Positions 9,297 to 18,484 of a stretch of 64,000 nucleotides of DNA are shown here, in pieces. Source of the DNA: a virus; IMG/VR virus record IMGVR_UViG_3300017788_001394, positions 39,293 to 103,292 of that record. One strand, given 5' to 3'. Both the position numbers and the translations under genes were made by a program. The notes beneath the pieces were generated by a model. It searched no databases. It saw only the letters and a list, made by a program, of their open reading frames with translations, and had not been told where the DNA came from. Each line of letters opens with the position of its first letter. Position 1 is the first letter of the stretch.

Positions 9297-9413
9297 TTAC
9301 TCATATATGAATGGATCTCGCTTACGCAATTCAGCTAGTCGCTTTTTTAAACGTTTGCGTTCTTTATAATTAGTCCAAGGGCTTAATATAAATTTTATAA
9401 TTTTGGCAAGCAT
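9297..9413 (-). CDS. 38-aa basic micropeptide ending in PFIY (not in ORF track)
   Basis: MLAKIIKFILSPWTNYKERKRLKKRLAELRKRDPFIYE. It fills the gap between the carbamoyltransferase and the glycosyltransferase, overlapping the former's stop. Confidence 0.7.
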   Translation of the reverse strand: MLAKIIKFILSPWTNYKERKRLKKRLAELRKRDPFIYE

Positions 9414-10909
9414 ACTTTAACTCCGTATGTGGTTTCCCATCGCTCTGCGTCGGCTCTCGTATTTACTAAAGGTTCGCCTTTAATATTAAGGCTAGTATTT
9501 AAAAGCATTGGACAACCAGTTAACTGTTTCCAATTAATTAATAATGCTCTAACATCTGGACAATCATTTGGTCCTACTGTTTGGACCCTACTTGTGCCAT
9601 CGTAATGTATGATCGCAGGAAATAAATCCGGATGCTTGCATCTTGCAATATACTGCATATAAGGGCTGCTGTCAACTGGCATTTCAAAATAGTCGTGTGC
9701 ATCTTCTGCTAGTATCATAGGAGCAAACGGTCTAAACGCTTCTCTGTGTTTAATATTATTAACACGATCCTTGACTTCTACACCACGTGGATCGGCAAGT
9801 ATACTACGATGACCTAATGCCCTTGGCCCAAATTCTGCACGACCAGATGCAACTGCAGTTATCTTATTCTCTAGTAGCTCGTCAATAACTTCTTGTACAG
9901 GATACGCCCCTGGGATATCTGTCCCGCTGTATACATCGTAATTGATAAACTGTTTCTTGTGTGCTAACACTGCACCTATTGCGCTGCCTGCATCTCCTGG
10001 GTTTGGCATAATCCAAACATTTTTGTAATACTTTGTAGCAATGTTGTTTGCTACACAATTTAAAATACACCCGCCCATTAACACCAAGTTATCAGTGCCA
10101 ACATGTTTCTTAGTATATTGAACCAACCCGTCGAATATTTCTTCGTATAACCGTTGTGTAGCTGCAGCTATATCAGCATAATCTTGCACACTTGTTAACT
10201 CTGGTGCCCAATCCATACAGCCACGATGATAGTTGTCTTTAAACAATACTTGCGGATTGATACAGTTTGGCATTTTTAGTATAAAGTCTCTCCTCATACG
10301 AGCGTACAGCCTAGTAGAATCTCCTATTGCTGCCATACCCATTAAAATGTATTCGTGTTCTTGCGGCTTGAGACCTAAGCGTTGCGTCATTGCACTATAC
10401 CATATACCAATACTGTCAGGATATGTTTGATGCCAAGTGCGCTTTAGCTTATTTTTCTTTCCGTTCCATACACTGATGGTGTCCCACTCGCCAATACTAT
10501 CAACAACCAATACTGCAGCATTGCTGAATTTTGATGTATAGTAACCTGCGGCTGCATGGCTTAAATGATGGCTAGTTGTAGTAGACTTAGGTGCGTCTGC
10601 ATAGTATCTACGCATATATGTAGTAGGAGATTCTTTGCGTAGTAACTTGTATTGTCCCGAGTATAGTTGCCGTATTTTTTTAAGCCACGGTTTTTCATAG
10701 TAATAAATTTCCGTCGGCTTGCCATATGTGAGTGCTTCCGATATCAAGTCAGGGTGTAAGTTCTTATCGTTTTTGATTCTACTGTAACGCTCACTATGTG
10801 CAGCAAACAATAACTTTAATTCAGTTTTATCTGACAGACCTTTTCTGCTTTGTTTAAAAACTGCTAAACTAGCGTCGTGGGCCATGCCCGTCCAACCCCA
10901 TATAATCAT
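9395..10909 (-). CDS. O-carbamoyltransferase (NodU/CmcH/TobZ family)
   Basis: HDASLA, ERYSRIKND, HHLSHAAAG, GGCILNCVAN, GDAGSAIGA, EFGPRALGHRSILADP, RPFAP, LLNTSLN. Confidence 0.95.
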   Translation of the reverse strand: MIIWGWTGMAHDASLAVFKQSRKGLSDKTELKLLFAAHSERYSRIKNDKNLHPDLISEALTYGKPTEIYYYEKPWLKKIRQLYSGQYKLLRKESPTTYMRRYYADAPKSTTTSHHLSHAAAGYYTSKFSNAAVLVVDSIGEWDTISVWNGKKNKLKRTWHQTYPDSIGIWYSAMTQRLGLKPQEHEYILMGMAAIGDSTRLYARMRRDFILKMPNCINPQVLFKDNYHRGCMDWAPELTSVQDYADIAAATQRLYEEIFDGLVQYTKKHVGTDNLVLMGGCILNCVANNIATKYYKNVWIMPNPGDAGSAIGAVLAHKKQFINYDVYSGTDIPGAYPVQEVIDELLENKITAVASGRAEFGPRALGHRSILADPRGVEVKDRVNNIKHREAFRPFAPMILAEDAHDYFEMPVDSSPYMQYIARCKHPDLFPAIIHYDGTSRVQTVGPNDCPDVRALLINWKQLTGCPMLLNTSLNIKGEPLVNTRADAERWETTYGVKVCLPKL

Positions 10910-11334
10910 CTTACTGTGTCTCCGCATATACCGTAAATATTTCCTATTTTATCCGGCAATGGTTTATCTAACAAATCTAACCATACAGCGGTTTTATTAT
11001 TAATAAACGTGCCTGGATAACACCATAAGTATCCTTTACTAGTGAGTGTTACGTCATCGGTTTGGTGCCAAAATGTATTAGTATTCATACGTAATAAAAT
11101 AGAAAGTGCTTCTAAGTTTTTAGCATGTGTCCAGACCCCTTGCTGTTGCAAGAATGATACATCTGCAGGCTGTTGTGGTTCGTCATGTCCATAATACAGA
11201 ATACCTTTGTATGCAATTAAATCGCACTCTACATCATATCCTATGCTGTATGCATGTTTTAAGTATGCATCATCATTTTCATACGCCAGATTAGCGCCGT
11301 CTATATTTCCCTTGTGTGCTATGAATTTAGCCAT
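10906..11334 (-). CDS. Glycerophosphodiester-phosphodiesterase-like small protein
   Basis: IAHKGN...GYDVECDL...GHD...WTHAKN...FWHQTDD. Confidence 0.65.
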   Translation of the reverse strand: MAKFIAHKGNIDGANLAYENDDAYLKHAYSIGYDVECDLIAYKGILYYGHDEPQQPADVSFLQQQGVWTHAKNLEALSILLRMNTNTFWHQTDDVTLTSKGYLWCYPGTFINNKTAVWLDLLDKPLPDKIGNIYGICGDTVR

Positions 11335-11373
11335 TTTTTTTCAGATCCTATAGGTGTAACAATAACGTGCATG

Positions 11374-11427
11374 TTACTTACAATTAACTATATGTGATAT
11401 CTATGTCAAATGTTAATGTTTTTTCAT
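11374..11427 (-). pseudogene. Decayed 5' remnant of a HAD phosphatase gene
   Basis: Broken-frame reading MK/TLTFDID..T/VNCK parallels MKTLIFDLDGTLVDCK of 17835-18407. Confidence 0.4.
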
Positions 11428-11454
11428 ATTAACTACTTATATAACTAAAAATAT

Positions 11455-12468
11455 TTATATCAATGACAAGCACCGCAATAATTCTTTATAATTGCCCTTA
11501 TCGCCTGGAACACTAATTCTAACGTAGTCTTCGCTTAATATATTACAAACTTTATGAGAACAGTTTTCAATACTAATCTTAGCATGTATAAAGTTTGTTT
11601 CGCTCGGTAAGCATAATATATTGTGTTCCCTTAACTTAGAAATCAAAATATCCCTATTTGCTATAACATTAGCTACATAGGTGTTAATTTCATGTTTAAA
11701 TTTAACTAATGTATCTAACCAGGCAATGCTTGGGCCTGTTATGTCATTCATGTTGCGTAGCTTATACAATAATTCTCTATTAAATCTATCACTAACTGTA
11801 TATCCTATCCTAACCCCAGCACTACCTACTGCTTTGCTTAGTGTGCGTATCACTACTAAGTTAGGATGTGTTTGCGCTAGATCAACAAGTGATTTCGTTT
11901 TACTGAATTCTATATATGCTTCGTCAATGGCTAATATACAATTATGCTTCTCGCAACTTGCTAGCAAACATAGTAACTGTTCATGTGATATAACTGTTCC
12001 TATAGGACTACTCGGGTTGCTTAGTATAACAAGGTTAGTATTACTATCTATTGCTGTTAACACATCCACAAACGGAAAGTCGGTCGTAGTATACTTTGCA
12101 GCATATAAATTAGCCTGATACATGTCAGCATATACACTATACATTGGAAAACTAGGATCGGTTGTAATTACTTTACTACCTGGTGCTACATATACTTGAA
12201 AGATGTTGCGTATTGCACGATCACTGCCATCATAAAGCACTGTGTATTCTTTGTTAATTTGAGTAAACTGTTCTAATAACTCATATGCTAAATCTTGGTT
12301 CGGGTAATATCTGACAATGTCATCTGTTAGTAGTTCTGTATAATACTTAAACATATTATAGCTAAACTTACTATCACGCTCACTTGCATGTAATCTAAGT
12401 TTATCGGTTGTGTTATAAGGTGCGTGTATCCGATTTATTCGTTCTAAATGTTTATTATACTTAATCAT
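11455..12468 (-). CDS. PLP-dependent class I/II aminotransferase (HisC-like)
   Basis: DGSDRAI, LSNPSSPIG, IDEAYIEF, RTLSKAVGSAGVRIGY. Confidence 0.9.
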   Translation of the reverse strand: MIKYNKHLERINRIHAPYNTTDKLRLHASERDSKFSYNMFKYYTELLTDDIVRYYPNQDLAYELLEQFTQINKEYTVLYDGSDRAIRNIFQVYVAPGSKVITTDPSFPMYSVYADMYQANLYAAKYTTTDFPFVDVLTAIDSNTNLVILSNPSSPIGTVISHEQLLCLLASCEKHNCILAIDEAYIEFSKTKSLVDLAQTHPNLVVIRTLSKAVGSAGVRIGYTVSDRFNRELLYKLRNMNDITGPSIAWLDTLVKFKHEINTYVANVIANRDILISKLREHNILCLPSETNFIHAKISIENCSHKVCNILSEDYVRISVPGDKGNYKELLRCLSLI

Positions 12469-12469
12469 A

Positions 12470-13372
12470 TTATACTCCTAGCTGAGTTAATACAGGCGCC
12501 AATTCTTTATAGCTGCAATTAGCACAATGTTTAGTAGGAGTATTTGATAAGCAGCCTTGCTTAACGTTCTGAAAATCAACTCCATTGTGTATATCGTCGA
12601 TTTTAGTTTCAAATATATTACCGAAACTTTTTGCTGAGGTGTTCATACAACAAGCTAATATACGTCCTTCTACTGTTGCATATAATCCTGTCTTAATCCA
12701 GAAACAATCTTCAAAATTCCAATCGCCACGGCCTTTAATACTAGACTGCCAATTTGTTTTAAGATAAGTTAGTTGTTCGTCTGTATATCCTAAAGTCACC
12801 GACCTCGTTTCACTCCAGTCTTGTGCAATGTTTAATCTAAGTTCAGTTAAATTATAAGGTAAAACAATTTCATCATACACTTTTTGTATATCGTCAATAT
12901 TGCTAGGGTTAACTACATAGTTACATGTAATTTGACAGTTATGTCTGTCTACCTTTTGTAATTCATCTAAAAATTTAATTAGTTTGGACCATTTACTTGG
13001 TGATCTATCACGCTCATATGTTTCTTTGTAACCATCTATACTTAGATACAAATAGTCAATGTACTTCAAACTCTCTGGGAACCAAGTTGCTATACTCATA
13101 CTGTATTGACAGTTAGTAGCACTAATAAGTTTTGCGTCCGGGAAATAGTCTTTAAATGTTTTGCATATAACATTAAACTCTGGATGTAAAAAGGGTTCTC
13201 CCATGCCCATTAGTTTAGCTTCTTTAACAGGGTGATGTTTAATATGTTCCATTAATTCTGTAAATCGTGCTACACTCATGTGCTGCAATGCGCCAATCAC
13301 TTCATGTCTGTTACAGAAACTGCATTGTAAATTGCAATGATTTGTTGTTTCGATATAAACATATTCGATCAT
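12470..13372 (-). CDS. Radical SAM protein with C-terminal SPASM domain
   Basis: CNLQCSFC, GMGEPFLH, C-terminal CFW...ACC...FGN...CANC. Confidence 0.9.
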   Translation of the reverse strand: MIEYVYIETTNHCNLQCSFCNRHEVIGALQHMSVARFTELMEHIKHHPVKEAKLMGMGEPFLHPEFNVICKTFKDYFPDAKLISATNCQYSMSIATWFPESLKYIDYLYLSIDGYKETYERDRSPSKWSKLIKFLDELQKVDRHNCQITCNYVVNPSNIDDIQKVYDEIVLPYNLTELRLNIAQDWSETRSVTLGYTDEQLTYLKTNWQSSIKGRGDWNFEDCFWIKTGLYATVEGRILACCMNTSAKSFGNIFETKIDDIHNGVDFQNVKQGCLSNTPTKHCANCSYKELAPVLTQLGV

Positions 13373-14403
13373 TTAATCGATTTCCAGAAGTTATTATCGT
13401 CACGAGGAACATTTATTGCATTAGCACTAGGCCAAGGATTTGTAGTGCTTACATCGTTTATTAACAGCCTAGGACTATGTGGTAAATCGTATATTATACG
13501 ATAGTTAGTAAACCCACAACTATTTAAGTTTGCTTCGGTTACTGCCTTAAATCGTTCCGGTCTTGCTGTTGTGAATATAATCGTAGCACCTGATCTCTGT
13601 TTATCTTTAAGATAAGCAACAGCATCTGGATTTACTTCAATAGGTGTATTATAGTTATTAGAAAAGTGTTCGCTTTGATTTTTAAACACAACACCATCAA
13701 TGTCACAAAAGATAGTCATATGTTTTTTAGCATGATCGACGAAATCACTATATGTCCCGCAATCTATGTAAGTGTCAACTTCTACATTTTTAAATGCGTC
13801 TTTTTTTATGTCAATCTGGTATTTAATAATATGACTCAAGAACAGTTCGCCTGTGCAATCAGTTTTAACAGATTCATAGCTTTCAATATATTTTTTGCTA
13901 CTCTCAAAGCCATAACCGCCTACACATATATTGCCGCTAACAATACGCTTCTCTACGATGTTTCTTATTATACCGTTTTCTTCTATAATAAAACTCTTAG
14001 CAGCTATGTTTGATAGCGTGGGGTAATTACTGATATCAATTGATGTAACGAAGTTTTGACCTGCAGGTATTGCTACACTATAAAAGCTATCGCAGTCTAC
14101 ACTCATGAATGGTGTATCTGTCCAGTCTTTAACTGTTAGATATATTGTTTCAGCAGGACCGCTAGTAAACTCGTCGAGTATTACAATGTCTACAGTAGAA
14201 CCGTAAGCATTGCGTATAGCAGTATCAGCAGCGTATAGCGCACAATGCTCTTTAATCACAACAAATGTAACAGGATACTTGCCATAATATGGTGCAGCGG
14301 CGTGCATGAACATGGGCTTACTATCTGGCATTGTTAACAAGTATTTGGGTCTAGCTGTGGGGAATCTATTGCTGCGACCCGCACAGGGTATTATTATTTT
14401 CAT
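13369..14403 (-). CDS. Sugar nucleotidyltransferase fused to HAD (capsule-biosynthesis-type) phosphatase
   Basis: IPCAGRSNRF...PKYLL...IVEK...DCGT, then FCDIDG...FTTARP...LLIND. Confidence 0.8.
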   Translation of the reverse strand: MKIIIPCAGRSNRFPTARPKYLLTMPDSKPMFMHAAAPYYGKYPVTFVVIKEHCALYAADTAIRNAYGSTVDIVILDEFTSGPAETIYLTVKDWTDTPFMSVDCDSFYSVAIPAGQNFVTSIDISNYPTLSNIAAKSFIIEENGIIRNIVEKRIVSGNICVGGYGFESSKKYIESYESVKTDCTGELFLSHIIKYQIDIKKDAFKNVEVDTYIDCGTYSDFVDHAKKHMTIFCDIDGVVFKNQSEHFSNNYNTPIEVNPDAVAYLKDKQRSGATIIFTTARPERFKAVTEANLNSCGFTNYRIIYDLPHSPRLLINDVSTTNPWPSANAINVPRDDNNFWKSIK

Positions 14404-15137
14404 AATCTGTTAATCTCTTTCATAATGAAATCATAATCTGCTTTATGATTTATGCAGTATGGTAATACTCGTGCAAGCATAAATTTATAAATCTTGTTGT
14501 TAAATATATTTGAATACTTTTGTTTTAGTTTATTATAAATGTAGTTACAGCTTAATTGATAGTTTGCTTTATTATTATAGTTCCTGACAAACCAAAGCCC
14601 AGTTAAGTCTTGTCTGAGTTTGTTAGCATCAAAGTATATACTATCAAATTCTGTTGGACTAACATCTATCATGTAAAATTTATTGTTGTAGTATAGTAAA
14701 TTATCAAACGTAAAGTCGCCGTGTATCAATGATTTTGGTAGTACATAATTAAATTTGTATGATAGATTTATATTACATACATTGTTAATACGTTGTTGCT
14801 TGTTTAACACTATACTACTATAATCTTCAGTTTTAGTCGTGTTAGCTAAACAAAAATCAAAATAAGAACTTATGTAAACAACAAGCCTATCTAAGTCTGT
14901 AGCAGTAGCAGTTTCTAAATAATTTCTAATAGAGATACCAGGAATATATTCCATAAAAATTGTAGTGTCGGTATATCTATAAATTTTTGGCTGGTCAAAT
15001 GGCATCAATGTAGTGTTTAGTAAATATTGATCTATATTTTTAATACCAGACTTAAACACGCCTAACTGCTCGTCAATGACTGCTAACGCAACGTAACAAC
15101 CACTTCGTCCATTGGTAAATTCTTGTATTACTTTCAT
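14400..15137 (-). CDS. APH/choline-kinase-like phosphotransferase
   Basis: GRSGC, MEYIPG, HGDFTFDNLL, MID. Confidence 0.8.
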   Translation of the reverse strand: MKVIQEFTNGRSGCYVALAVIDEQLGVFKSGIKNIDQYLLNTTLMPFDQPKIYRYTDTTIFMEYIPGISIRNYLETATATDLDRLVVYISSYFDFCLANTTKTEDYSSIVLNKQQRINNVCNINLSYKFNYVLPKSLIHGDFTFDNLLYYNNKFYMIDVSPTEFDSIYFDANKLRQDLTGLWFVRNYNNKANYQLSCNYIYNKLKQKYSNIFNNKIYKFMLARVLPYCINHKADYDFIMKEINRL

Positions 15138-15162
15138 CTCGATTTCATTATAAACTGTAGTT

Positions 15163-15178
15163 AATAAATATATTTATG
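15163..15178. promoter_or_regulatory. Adjacent oppositely oriented late-promoter-like motifs (AATAAATA +, CATAAATA -)
   Basis: Palindrome ATAAATATATTTAT between divergent genes. Confidence 0.4.
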
Positions 15179-15225
15179 AAAATACGATTCTTACTCGAGA
15201 CTAGTCTTATTTATGGTTAATATCA

Positions 15226-16351
15226 ATGAGTGAAAAACTTAAAGTCGCAATATGTCTTACCGGACTAGTACGTAATACTTAGTGCAGTGTCTGCATATAT
15301 TAAACATATATTTACTAAGATTGGTAATGATAATAAGATCGAGTTTGACTACTATTGTCATTTTTGGAAAAATGATAAGCTGTATCCATATAATATAAAT
15401 GAAGATTGGTTAGGTATCACATCCTTACCCAAGGAAGATGAAACAAGTGTTAACCACGTCGTGGCTACATTAAATCCAAAAGCAGTCACATATAACTGTT
15501 ACATTGACATGTTTCCTACTTTTTTAAACCACGGCCTGTCGCAATATATTGATTACAGCACACATTTGGACTTGTTTATAGATAAAACGATAGATAAAGA
15601 TTTCTTTATGTCAGTTGACAGTACTGATCCAACAAAATATTTTGATTGTTGGTGTAAGTTTCATAATGATTGGGTTAATTTTGCACACCTAACCAGTCAA
15701 TTTTTTGCTATAGAACAATGCTTGAAACCTGTTGTTAGTTCAGACATACAATATGATGCAATATTAAGATGGAGATATGATCAATTATTTTTAACATCAG
15801 ATTACCACATAAACAAGTTAGTGGAGAATCTAAAAAATACACACCGCAATCACATTGTTGTTGAATGGATGCATAGTGGGAGGTGGGACGTAATCGAAAG
15901 TATAGAAATAACTAACATTTCCCAAGTCGGGATAAATCCCGGTATGGATATAACAGTGTCTGACACTTGGTGGATAGTTGATGCTGACACTGCAGCGTTT
16001 ATGTCCAAGTATTTAACAATTGCATATGCAGACATAAGAAAGTATTATAAAGTATTCTTGTTAAGGGATGCTGGACAACATACTTTTTTTTATTACGCAC
16101 TATTGTCAATAAAAATTAATTTTAACATTGTCGGATCTATAGGAAGCAATTTAATCAGAGATCCGACAATATTACCGCCTATCGACGATTTATCTGAACT
16201 AAGTATTATTGATTCTGATCTTGCGATAAACATAGCGAGGAGTGATCCCGGGATAAGCAGTTATAAAAAGCAACTTGAAGAATCTCAAAAAAAGAAGTAT
16301 GTGTATAATATTATCAAACATTTTAATTTTGTGTCTGAAGAAACATTATAA
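15226..16351 (+). pseudogene. Putative glycosyltransferase-like gene (K-I/V-A-I-x-L-T-G family) with a +1 frameshift near 15277
   Basis: MSEKLKVAICLTGLVRNT* continues in the +1 frame as LSAVSAYIKHIF...DYYCHFW...RWRYD; colinear with paralog 18485-19657. Confidence 0.65.
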
Positions 16352-16367
16352 GTCAGGTTAAACCCAT

Positions 16368-16458
16368 ATGTCAAAAACAATTATATAGCAGTAATGTTTT
16401 TAGGACTAATACGATTCGATATCGACATTTTTAAGCAACACATAATATGCATATTCTA
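16368..16458 (+). pseudogene. Truncated 5' remnant of a third paralog of the same family
   Basis: Adding one A to the A-run gives MSKNNYIAVMFLGLIRFDID, similar to KIAIYLTGLI/KVAICLTGLVR. Confidence 0.35.
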
Positions 16459-17142
16459 TCATAGTATTAGCTTTGCACAAAAGGATTTTAAATCAGAATC
16501 TGGATAGCTAGCGGGCATTTCAATAATATCGAAATCTTTAAAAAAATCTCTGCTATAAAACATTAACGGAGTAGACTTGTATTTTTCTTTTAATTGACTA
16601 ATAGTCAACTGTTGTCTGTACGCTTGTGTTTCTAAAAAGATATCTTGTGTTTCTATATCTTTAATGTCTGTTATCATGACTACTACGTTTGATATCCTAC
16701 GCATTTGATTTATAACTGATAACGCATAATCGTAATCTGGAAAGTACTGAAATACACTGTTAGATATACAACAATCATAACTGTTACTTTTAATCGACGC
16801 CGTGTTGTTGAAAAAATTATTTTTTTCTATTACTTTATTACAGTATTCGACAAAATACTCACTAATGTCACACCCACCGACATTGATGTTTTTATAGTTT
16901 TTAAAATAATATAGCAATGCCCCATTACCACAACCATACTCAAATATAGAACTAATGTTTCCTACTTCATTTTCTAAGAAATTTATAAAATCATAATATG
17001 ACGACTGATCAATTTTAAAAATCGAACTATGCAGTTTATAACTCGACTCCTTGCTATCAGTTACTGTTAGACTGTGTGTTATTGAATCTGTATTTTTATT
17101 CCACACAAAGTCTTTTTTATTAATTACTTCATTCCAACTCAT
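16459..17142 (-). CDS. Class I SAM-dependent methyltransferase
   Basis: FEYGCGNGA, GCDIS, YDCCISNSVFQYFP; likely start MSWNE at 17142. Confidence 0.85.
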   Translation of the reverse strand: MSWNEVINKKDFVWNKNTDSITHSLTVTDSKESSYKLHSSIFKIDQSSYYDFINFLENEVGNISSIFEYGCGNGALLYYFKNYKNINVGGCDISEYFVEYCNKVIEKNNFFNNTASIKSNSYDCCISNSVFQYFPDYDYALSVINQMRRISNVVVMITDIKDIETQDIFLETQAYRQQLTISQLKEKYKSTPLMFYSRDFFKDFDIIEMPASYPDSDLKSFCAKLIL

Positions 17143-17143
17143 T

Positions 17144-17845
17144 TTATGTTTGTTGTAACCAATGTTGCAAATCCTCTGGTGTTCCAATGCCATGCATAGA
17201 TTCAACATTAACTGTTTTAACTGTGCATCCTAATGCAATAGTATAATTAAATACCGGACACAAATAAAACTCGTTATTGAATCTGTCGTTAGCAACAAAC
17301 ATATGATTAGCACTGTGTTTGTATGTTTTCCAAGACTTCCAATAGTAATGCCCTGTCGTTGCACGATCACTTATTGGTTGTTTTTCTGCTACACGTATTA
17401 CATTGCCTGTTGCATCTGTTTCCGCAAAACTCCATTTAGGATCACGTTCTGGGCAATCAAATGTAAGTATTACTCCATCATAATTCATATTATTAACAAA
17501 TAAATTTTTATCCCACGACATTATTTGATCGCAATTAGAAATAAAAACACTATCGTTGTCATTTAAGTGTGCGTCTGCAGTTAACACACTACATGCAGCG
17601 CCTTCAGTTAATGTGTCTAGTTCTACTACTTTAGCATTAGGGTAATAATCTTTTACTGCGTCGACAATATTTTGTTCTTTTCTAATAATAAAAATGTAAT
17701 CATCAAACTCTAAATCTATGTTTTCTACTGCACGAACAAACATAGGTTTACCTTTTACATCTATCAATGGCTTAGGTTGTATATAACCATGAGACTGAAA
17801 CCTAGACCCGTTGCCTGCCATTGGCATTATAAGTTTAAAACTCAT
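17144..17845 (-). CDS. Sugar-phosphate nucleotidyltransferase (NTP_transferase family)
   Basis: MPMAGNGSRF...PKPLIDV...TEGAA...NCDQ...AEK...GIGTPEDL. Confidence 0.9.
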   Translation of the reverse strand: MSFKLIMPMAGNGSRFQSHGYIQPKPLIDVKGKPMFVRAVENIDLEFDDYIFIIRKEQNIVDAVKDYYPNAKVVELDTLTEGAACSVLTADAHLNDNDSVFISNCDQIMSWDKNLFVNNMNYDGVILTFDCPERDPKWSFAETDATGNVIRVAEKQPISDRATTGHYYWKSWKTYKHSANHMFVANDRFNNEFYLCPVFNYTIALGCTVKTVNVESMHGIGTPEDLQHWLQQT

Positions 17846-18407
17846 ATAACTTCTCTATTAAGTCTTTACTATCAGCAACTGCTATTACAGTTGCCCCTGT
17901 TAACATTGCACCTTCTATCCCCACGAGACTGTCTTCGAATATTACAGTATTAGAAGGTGTGTTATTTGTTATTCTCATGCACTCATTATACATCCACGGG
18001 TTAGGTTTAGCGGGACCATAGTCACGTGTATAAACACATTCGAACTGCCATAATTGCAAAATATTCATACATTTAAAAACAAACTCACTACGGCTATTAC
18101 TTGCTAAACACAATTTATATTTGGTGTATAATCTAGTAAAGTGATCTGCTAACTCTTTATTATACTTTACATACTCATTGATGTGAGCTCGTGTATGTTC
18201 TTTTTTTAAATCATCAACAGCTATTGTAACATCGTAGCCTTTATTTTGCAAATATTTTATTTTAGCAGTAGTAGGCAATCCCTCTACTTCTTCGTCAGCA
18301 TATGTTATACCCGGACACTGATGTGTCACCGCCCATCTGAATCCGTCTTGATGTAACTTTTTACAGTCTACTAACGTTCCGTCTAAGTCAAATATTAATG
18401 TTTTCAT
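17835..18407 (-). CDS. HAD-family phosphatase (beta-PGM-like)
   Basis: FDLDGTL, LASNS, KPNP, FEDS; start at MKTLIF 18407. Confidence 0.9.
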   Translation of the reverse strand: MKTLIFDLDGTLVDCKKLHQDGFRWAVTHQCPGITYADEEVEGLPTTAKIKYLQNKGYDVTIAVDDLKKEHTRAHINEYVKYNKELADHFTRLYTKYKLCLASNSRSEFVFKCMNILQLWQFECVYTRDYGPAKPNPWMYNECMRITNNTPSNTVIFEDSLVGIEGAMLTGATVIAVADSKDLIEKLYEF

Positions 18408-18484
18408 AAAAAAATATTTATCTTGGTTAAATACTATTTTAATTATAAAAATACATTTTATTAAAGAATTGATTATCATAAATT

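Noticed and set aside
11455-12468. Assigning hisC / histidine biosynthesis
   Set aside because: No other his genes; context suggests a different substrate, so no symbol given.
15280-15282. TAG as evidence of stop-codon reassignment
   Set aside because: Read-through stays in the wrong frame and soon hits TAA; other genes are intact under the standard code.
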